Assembly (NCBI GenBank): GCA_002269645.1
Contig: NIVC01002272.1
Span: 40,891 to 104,890 of the forward strand
Source: Macrostomum lignano
Lineage: Eukaryota
Reading direction: 5' to 3'
DNA length: 64,000 nt
Part shown: positions 56,359-64,000 of the stretch, one piece after another
How positions within the stretch are numbered: the stretch's first letter is position 1
Layout of the letters: the number at the start of each line of letters is the position of its first letter
Made by a program: the position numbers and the translations under genes
Notes under the pieces: generated by a model
The model's database searches: none
Seen by the model: only the letters and a program-made list of their open reading frames with translations
Told to the model about the DNA's origin: nothing

Positions 56359-59300
56359 TCAGGGGGACCCGTCGGTCTCGCCTGCAGCGCGGTCCTCCTC
56401 ACCGACGGTGGGGAAGAAATCAGCTCGTCCGGTGTCCCTGAGGTACCGGGCGAGCAGCGGGATGCTCTCGGGCCTGCAAACGTCGGAGAGAACCGGGTTT
56501 GGCCCGAGGTGAGTAAGCCTGGCCCTGGTGAAAACCGGGCAGTGGCAGATAAAATGCTCGGCGTTTTCACTGCCTGAGCGGCAGAAGGGGCACCGCTCCT
56601 CGGGTACTTGGCCCTGAAGGAAGCGGTGGCGAGAGAAGCAGCCATGCCCGGAGAGGGCCATGCTAACTGCTCTGAGGTCTCTGCGGTTGAGCCTGAGGAG
56701 GGCTCTACGCAGGAGAGGAGAGGGACAGGGGACGGCAGCACGGGATTGCCTACAATTCCGGGTGTCGTGCCACCTGCGGAGATGCTCGGAGTCAGCCCAG
56801 CGCTTAACGCGGGAATTGATCACCGAGGCGGGGATGGGGGCACCCGGGCCCGGCCCCAATAGCGCGCCGGCGGAGCCAGCCTTGGCCAGCAGGTCAGCGC
56901 GCTCGTTGCCGAGGAAGCCGGCGTGGCCCGGGATCCATCTGAGCTCCACCTGGTTGCCTAGCGCAAGCCCGTTGAGCTGGGTGTTGCAGTCCAGGACGGA
57001 CCTGGAGCTGGCGGTGCTGCGGCAGAGGGCCCGAAGGGCTGCTTGGCTGTCAGAGTGAAAAATAAATTTCCGGCCGCTAAGCTGCCTTCGGCGCAGCTCT
57101 GCCGCGCAGGAGCTGATGGCAAGCACCTCGCTCTGAAAAACACTGGAGTTGAGCCCAGTGTGCTGGGAGTAGCTCCACACCACTTCTCCCTTGAAGAAGA
57201 CGCAAGCTCCGAAGCCTGAAAGACCATGCCTCATAGAGCCGTCAGTGTAACAGTGGACTTCAGAGTCGCTCCAGCTGTCACTCGCCTCGTGTCGAGGCTG
57301 AATGGTGACCTTATACCTTTGGCTCAGGAGAAGGGTGGCTGGGATCGAGTCCGTGAGGATGTTGAGCCCGCCACACTCCTCGAGAGCCTTGAGGCAGAGG
57401 TCAGAGTGCGGGATAAGCGACCGCTTCTTAAAGGCCCGCACTTTCTTGAAGGCCACCCCAGCATCCAGAAGACGCCGGGTGCTCTTCGCCGCCTCTCCTT
57501 TGATATAAATATCCAAAGGAGGGGCACAGAGGAAGGCATTCATGCCTTCAAAAGGAGTAGAGGGTGGAGCGCCCATAGTCATGCGGCAGGCTCTGCCCTG
57601 GATTTTGTAGAGAGCGTCGAGGTTGCTCTTGACGCTCAGGCCGCTAGCCCACACGAGGCTGACGTAACTGATCGAGGGGCGGATGATGGCAGTGTAAATC
57701 CACCACAGCTTCCTGGGGTGAGCCCCCAGGTGGTGCCCACGGCGCGCCTGATCTGAGCCAGTACAGCCAGGGCTTTTTTGGCTTTAGTTTGAATGTGCGG
57801 AGTCCAGTTAAGCCTGTGGTCCAGAGTGAGGCCCAGGCAGCGGACCTGCTTCTCCATGGAAATATTCTTTCCATAGAGGGTGAGGGGCTTAATGGTCCAG
57901 AGCAGTTTGTTGGTAAACATGACTGCTGTGGTTTTCGACTCTGAGAGTCTAAGGCCACATTGGTCTGCCCAACGCTCCGCTCGTCCCAGAAAGCCCTGCA
58001 GAAGGTCTCTGATGGTATCAACCGAGGGGCCCGCGCATATCGCGGTCACATCATCGGCATAGCCCACCTTGAGAATGGGGTCGTGGAGATCACTGCAAAG
58101 CAACTCATCCATGACCATGTTCCAGAGAACGGGGGTGAGAACGCCGCCCTGGGGCCCCCTTTCAGGACAGGCACCGAAAGAGAGCTGCCGCTCAGGTGGG
58201 CCACAACAGTGCGGTTTCGGATCATGAACATGATCCACCGGACAAGGTGAGGGTGCGTGGCCCTGGATTCCAGGGCTCTGCAAAAGGCCTCGAAGATGAC
58301 GTTGTCGAAGGCCCCCTCAATGTCCAGGAAAAGCGAGAGGGCAAAGCCGCTGCCAAGAACGGCCCTCTCCAGGAAGTCAACAATGACATGGAGAGCACTC
58401 TCGGTTGACCTGCCCGCGCGGAAGGCGTGCTGGTTCTGCGAGAGTGGGAAGCGCTTCAGCTCGACCGAAAGTAGGCGCCAAAGCACCAGTCTCTCGAGGA
58501 GCTTGAGGCAGAAAGAAGTGAGGCTGATAGGCCTGAAGGCCTTCACCGATTGGTAGTCGCTCTTTCCAGGCTTGGGGATAAAGACCACCCGGGCCTCTCT
58601 CCATGCAACTGGTACATAGCCCAGCTCCACACAAGCTCGAAGGAGACGACAGAGCAGGTCCAGGAAGCGGTGGTTTTTCACCGCCTCGTGCAAGAACGCT
58701 GGGTAGATGCCGTCGGGCCCAGGCGCCTTGAACGGGTTAAAGGACCTTGCCGCTCTAATAATGCGGTCTTTGGTGATCATAGACTTTGCTAGGCCTTGCC
58801 CTCCCACTGTGTGGTCGGGCGGGCCCTGCTGAGTCGGAGATTTAGGGAAAAAACTGTTGAGCATGAGCTCTAGAGTCTCTTCCGAACTCTCTGTGACCGA
58901 GCCGTCAGGTCTCTTCACAACAGAGAGTTTAGAAAAACGGTCATTAGTGAGTGCCTTAACCACGCGGGCTACGGGGCGAGAGCCCTCAAGCCCTTCGCAG
59001 TATTGGCGCCACTTGGCCGTCTTGGCCCTTCTGACTTGGCCCTTAAACTCGTGGATCGCACGGGTATAGGCCTCTCTGTCAGATGGGTCTTTGGTTTTGA
59101 GCGCTCGCCTTTGGAGGGTCCTGGCTCGGCGCCGAAGGGCCCCGAGCTCTGGGTTCCACCAGGGAGCAGATTTCTTGCCTTTATAGGCCTTTAGGGGGCA
59201 GGCTGCTTCAAAGGCAGTGGTGATCGCCCCGCCCAGGGAGGAGGCGAGATCGTCCACCACCTGGCAGTCAGAGAGGTCACTGGGGGGTCAAGATCCCGAA

Positions 59301-60060
59301 GGCCGCGGCTCAGCTTCGAGCCAAAGGCGGCCCAATCGGTGTTCCTGACGTTCCGACTCCAAGTGACCTTAGGCTTTTGCTTGGTCGGCCCAATGCAAAA
59401 GCGGATAAAGCGGTGGTCCGAGAGCGAGTCCTCGTCCCACACTCGCCAGCCCGTAACTGCGGAAAGCAGTCCGGGTGAGGCGATGGTGGTGTCGATGACT
59501 TCGGCCCACCGCCCATTATTGAACGTTGGTGCATTGCCCACGTTACAGAAGTTGAGGTTAGTGCTGCTGACATAGGCCAGCAGCTCCTCGCCTCTGCTAT
59601 TGATGTTCTTGCTGCCCCAATGCAGGTGGTGTGCGTTCACATCCCCTGCAATGAGCAGCTCGAACCGATGGGACGCAGCATAGTCAGTAAGGTTGACTAA
59701 CGCGTCGCAGACAACTGGGGCATCGCCCGGGAAATAGGCAGAAGCTACCAGCACAGGTTTATTGGGAATGAGGTTATTGATTTGAACAACACAGATGTCC
59801 CCAGTCGAGAGATCAGGTCTCATCCATGCCTCAAAAGCTTTTGCAGCAAAGACCAGAGATCTTGGGCGAGGCTGAGAGCCCGCCATGCAAAAACAGTGGT
59901 AGCCAGATGGCACATTATTTGGCTTACCTTTAGTCATCCAGGGCTCCTGTACGAAGACCAGGCCCGGAAGCTGTTGCTCTGCCGTGCGCATCAGGTTGAC
60001 CGACGCCGCCACGCAGTGCTGGGTGTTGATCTGCAGACACCAGGTAGTCGCTGGCATCAT
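56359..60060 (-). CDS. Inner LINE ORF2: APE endonuclease, RT, RNase H and CCHC finger, with at least 3 frameshifts
   Basis: QINTQH, VQEPW, GDVNAHH, SDHRFI; KAPGPDGI, RPISLTS, FLDIEGAFD, PQGGVLTP, YADD; YTDGS, FQSEVLAI, SDSQAAL, WIPGHAGFLGNERADLLAK; CPFC..HFICHC. Confidence 0.9.
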
Positions 60061-61579
60061 TGCAGATCGGATGTTGCAGCCGCCAGGAGTTCCTCCTCCT
60101 CCTCGGCGCTCACCGGCTTCGGGTCGGGGTCGCCGGTGTCCATGGGCTCTTCTTCAGCAAAAGGCCCCCGATTGGCCGGAAGGCAGTAGGCAGCGTTCGC
60201 CGCCCTTTGCCCACCATCCATGGGGTCCTCCGCCTCAGATTGGCCCAATGCCCTGGAGCAGCCAGCCGCCTGGGCAGGCGGGTCCGTCTCCAGTCGGCCC
60301 TGCCCCGAGGGGTTGGGCCCAGCTGGGACGTCCCCACCCTCCCTGGACGAACTGGTGCGCCTAGGCGTCCCGGCGACCTCTCGCCTCAGCTGGGAGATTT
60401 TGGCGGTACGGACTGCCTCAGCTGCACGCTGGTACAGGCCGCGCCGCTTGGTGCTGCGCGCCGGGCGTCGGTCGCCTCCGCCCTCAGCAGCGCGCTCAGC
60501 TTTGCCCGCGCGGCCGTGCTGCCGGGCAGGGCGGTTTGCTTTGGCAGTCTGAGCAGAGGCTTGCGCCTCGGCCCCGGCCGCCTCCGCATCCCGCCCGCTC
60601 TGCTCACTGCCACGGGGAGGGTCGGCCTCGTAGGAGCGGATGCGCAGCTTCCAAAGGCCGACGTTGATGAAGCTGCCGTGTGGATAACGCCTCATCCAGG
60701 CGTCCGACAGCCCAGGATGGCTGTGAAGCCAGTGCCGTCGGTGCGCTTAAGGGTGTCATGCACCACTAGGCCCGCGGCGGGAAGCTCCCGGTTGACTGCT
60801 AGCAGTCCTTTCCGGAGCTCGTCAGCAGAGGTAACAACGCTCCTGGCCGGGACCCAGATTCGATGCCTCTTGGTCCGGGGGCGCTCGTCCTCTCTGCAGA
60901 AGGCTAGGTTGAGGTCCCAGCTCTGCTCGGGCAGCAGCTCAAGGAGCCGCCGACCCGAGTCAGCATCACTGGGCCAAATGAGAAGGCACGAGTCCCTCGT
61001 CGCATTCGAATGAATGTTCAGAGGCGTGCCCTTCAGAGTTTGCTTCCACAGGAGGCCATCAACGGCACTTCTCACCTGCTTCAGCTGATCGGGAGACAGG
61101 CGCGCGTCCTTTCCCAGGATGACAACCGCCGGTTGCCTCTTTGCCGCATCAGCGTAGGAGGCCCGGGGGTCAGTGGAGCTTTCTTCAGGTGGGCTGTCCA
61201 CCCTCCCGGCTGCATCGGCCTCCCTATCCTGGGCAGGGGCTTCCGTGGGCTCGAGGCCCTCTTCCGCCACCGCCCCAGACTGGGAAGCTTCCGCTGCCGC
61301 GGGCCGTTGGCCCCTGGCACCGGTTTGGCTTCCGCCCTCCTTGGCCCGCCTCGCCTTGTTAAGTCGACGGCGGGCAGCTCCAGAGGTGGTGCTGCGTTTC
61401 TTAGCAGCTGGAGTAGCAGGTGTCTTCTCGGAGGCACCGCTCAGAGTTGGCTCCACGGGTCTCGCCGAGGCGTCCCCGATGGTAGCAGGTGGTATGGCCG
61501 AGGAGTCCACGGCCCCAGCCGAGGCCGGAGGCACTGTGTCATCCACAGCCGGTTTGTTACTTCGGTTAGAAGCCATTGG
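60057..61579 (-). CDS. Inner LINE ORF1 (gag-like), with one frameshift near 60700
   Basis: The ORFs 60692..61771 and 60057..60695 overlap at the break. Likely start is MASNRSNKP (ATG at 61579), followed by a basic/Ala-rich region with SYADAAKR. Confidence 0.7.
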
Positions 61580-62064
61580 CTGGAAGTAAAAAGGTGGGAC
61601 TTCCTGCAGAACACAGGCAAAGAGCCGCAAGGCCGCAACCCCAAACCAAGCGGCAGGCCCCAAAAAGCAAAATACCACCCTGCGGGGGGACCCAAAAGCG
61701 CAAGGGGAACCGTTAGCGACCAGACTACTCCCTGGCCAAGCGTCCATCAGCACGGAGTTACACTGGGACATTAGAGGGTGCGTTTATGGTCACACCAGGA
61801 CCCGGCGCCAACGAATCAGCTCGGCAGGGCCCAAGGGGGCCTGCCTTAACACCCACGGGACGAGTACCCTTCGAAGTGCGCCTTGCAAGGTGAAAATCAG
61901 GAGACAGAGTCTCTTGAGCTATCAGCCCGCCAGGGGAGGCAGGTGTGAGCATCGCTGGCTGGGATAAAGGCCATACCAGTCTCATACTGCACAGATAGTT
62001 CACCACGCCATTACGTGCAGGACCCGGGGTCCTGGGGGCAACAGCCCCGGCAATAATATTCTCT

Positions 62065-64000
62065 GCCTTCAAGAAACTTGGATAATAGACACAAAAAAAT
62101 GAAAACAAGCGACTCAAAATCAACAACCTGTCTGAAAACTACATAACATACCGAAAGCCTGCAAACAAAAAAGGCTGTAAATTCATTGGCAGAGCATCTG
62201 GTGGATTATTGACAGCTTACTAAAAGTCACTAGATACACAATACAATGTTACAGAATCATTCAAACATTATAAAAACTTCTTGACGCTAAATTTTAAACA
62301 CAAAAAGTATAAAAACAAAAACTTCACCTTAATAAACTCCTATATACCCCCACTGTCTTCAAAATATTATGAAGAAGAAAATTGGGAACAGCTAACAATT
62401 CTCCTAGATGCTTACCACTCCGAAGAAAACATCTTCCTTATTGGAGACTTCAACGCTCATATAAATAATACCTCCTACATAGATTTAAATTCAATATATA
62501 CCACCAGAGCAAAAAACATCTCACTTACTAGACAAAGCCAAGACAAGAAAAACTGCAAAAATGGTAGACTACGTAACCAGATTACTGACTCATACAACCT
62601 GCATCTAATCAATGGTAGATCACTATCAGACACAAATGGTGAATTCACCTTTCTCTCAAAATCTGGTTCCTCTGTTATAGATCTCTGTTTTGTCTCTACC
62701 AGCTTACTCCAACACCTCGAAGACTTTAAAGTAAAGAACCACACCTACTTTAGCGACCACAACCAAATAGTGCTCTCCCTATCAAGTGAATTCACAGAGG
62801 AAATCACAGAAACTAAACAAGCAACCAATAACTCGAAAACGAGATACAGAGTCCTAAAAAAGTCACATAAACCCAACCTGCAACAAGAAAAACATATCAA
62901 TAACTTCGCAAATGACCTGAAAAACATGAATGACAAAATCACAAATCTAGACATACAAAACCCAGCTTTTATAAATGAATTAAGTAGAAAAGTTAGACAA
63001 ATTCAAAACAACATCACAGTAGAGATAAAGAACCCACTATGCTCAACACTGCCTCGCTTCCTTAAAGATTTAAGAAACGCTGCTAGACATGCCTGCAGAA
63101 GATATAAAACCTTCCCTACTCCCAACAACCTCTCAAGCAAAGTACAACTCAAAAAAGCATACGAAAAAAAGCTCACTTCATGGAAATTTGAAACAACTCT
63201 CTGTGCAGACAACATGATCAACCAGGCCTTTATTCAAAACGATACAAAACAACTTTGGAACTTATTAAAAACACCAAATCCCTCAAACAACAGAGTAACA
63301 ATTGATGAAAAATTTGTCATACACTTTCAAAATCTTGTAACTGAACAAGACAGCAGCATTAGACTTTCATACAATCTTCACCTTGACAACCCTATTCTGG
63401 CTGATTTAGAGGATTTCAATGCCCCATTCACCAAAGAAGAAGTTATAAAACATATTAAAAAGCTCAAAACCGACAAAGCACCTGGGCACGATAAAGTATA
63501 TGTAGAAACACTCAAATACCTCGAGAACGAACTTGCTGACCTCCTATGCTCACTTTTCAACGAAGCACTCAAACAAGGAACCTTCCCAACTAGTTGGATA
63601 ACAAATACACTTCATCCGATTTATAAAAACAAAGGCAGCAGTGCCGACCCCAACAATTACAGAGGAATCTGCATTCAACCAATTCTTGGCAAGCTCTTTT
63701 GCCAAATTATTAAATCCAGACTCGAAAACCTAGCATACGCAAACAATCTTATATCAAAATACCAATACGGTTTCAAGCCCAATCACAGCACAATCGACCA
63801 ATGTTTTAATCTTTACAACATTATAAACCAATCCATCTACAACAAAGAAGAACTCTTTATTGGATTTGTTGACTATGAAAAAGCCTTCGATAGCTTAAAT
63901 CAACCGACCCTTTGGTGCAAAACGGATAATCAGGGTATTAAAGGTCAAATGATGGAACTTATCAAGAACATGCATAAAAATGCCTGCTTCATTCTAAAAA
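62065..64000 (+). pseudogene. Outer LINE ORF2 continuation (EN remainder and RT), with frame breaks
   Basis: Resumes at CLQETW exactly after the TSD. A stop arises after an A7 run near 62100; RT motifs follow to the window end. Very A-rich. Confidence 0.85.

Larger units (their letters stand above)
56245..62051 (-). mobile_element. Inner full-length LINE with RNase H (R1/LOA-like), nested in the outer LINE
   Basis: 13-bp TSD AATAATATTCTCT at 56232-56244 and 62052-62064. The 3' end carries a short-repeat tail (plus strand TGACTTACTTGACTTAACT). Contains ORF1 and an EN-RT-RNase H-CCHC ORF2. Confidence 0.93.
55000..64000 (+). mobile_element. Outer non-LTR retrotransposon (PHD-type ORF1; APE+RT ORF2), runs off the window end
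   Basis: ORF1 at 55089-55919. ORF2 motifs SWNING (56146), LCLQETW, IGDFNAH, SDHNQI, KAPGHD, NYRGI, QYGFK and VDYEKAFDS. The clade (CR1/L2/RTE-X-like) and the exact 5' end were not resolved. Confidence 0.9.

Noticed and set aside
60060-61774. Long plus-strand ORFs (317 aa and 254 aa) opposite the inner LINE ORF1
   Set aside because: Expected antisense open frames in GC-rich coding DNA, with no recognisable motifs.

Overview
Eukaryotic (metazoan) genomic DNA with spliceosomal introns, GC-rich exons and many minisatellites. The style suggests a free-living flatworm such as Macrostomum, but that is inference and unverified. Host genes: a Pro/Gln heptad-repeat exon (2.9-3.8 kb), TTC5 (6.0-10.2 kb), a two-exon MED15 (21.5-24.4 kb) preceded by two intronless paralogs rebuilt from MED15 modules (Mid-KIX-Mid-Mid-KIX and KIX x4), an ~1,750-aa ankyrin-repeat gene on the minus strand (46.3-26.2 kb), a secreted PAN+WSC protein gene and a GPI-type double Ly6/uPAR gene. 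The giant ankyrin exon is interrupted by two different CACTA/EnSpm-type transposons (11.1 kb and 3.4 kb, each with a 2-bp TSD). Removing each element plus one TSD copy restores a continuous reading frame. The larger element encodes a transposase and an accessory protein with a CIDE-N-like domain. Other mobile DNA: a deleted P-element (8-bp TSD, THAP relic), two hAT-type MITEs with 8-bp TSDs, five copies of a tRNA-derived SINE, and an RNase H-bearing LINE nested (13-bp TSD) in the endonuclease domain of another LINE. The most interesting candidates are the domain-shuffled MED15 paralog cluster and the doubly interrupted but otherwise intact ankyrin gene. All family assignments come from recalled motifs; no database search was run.
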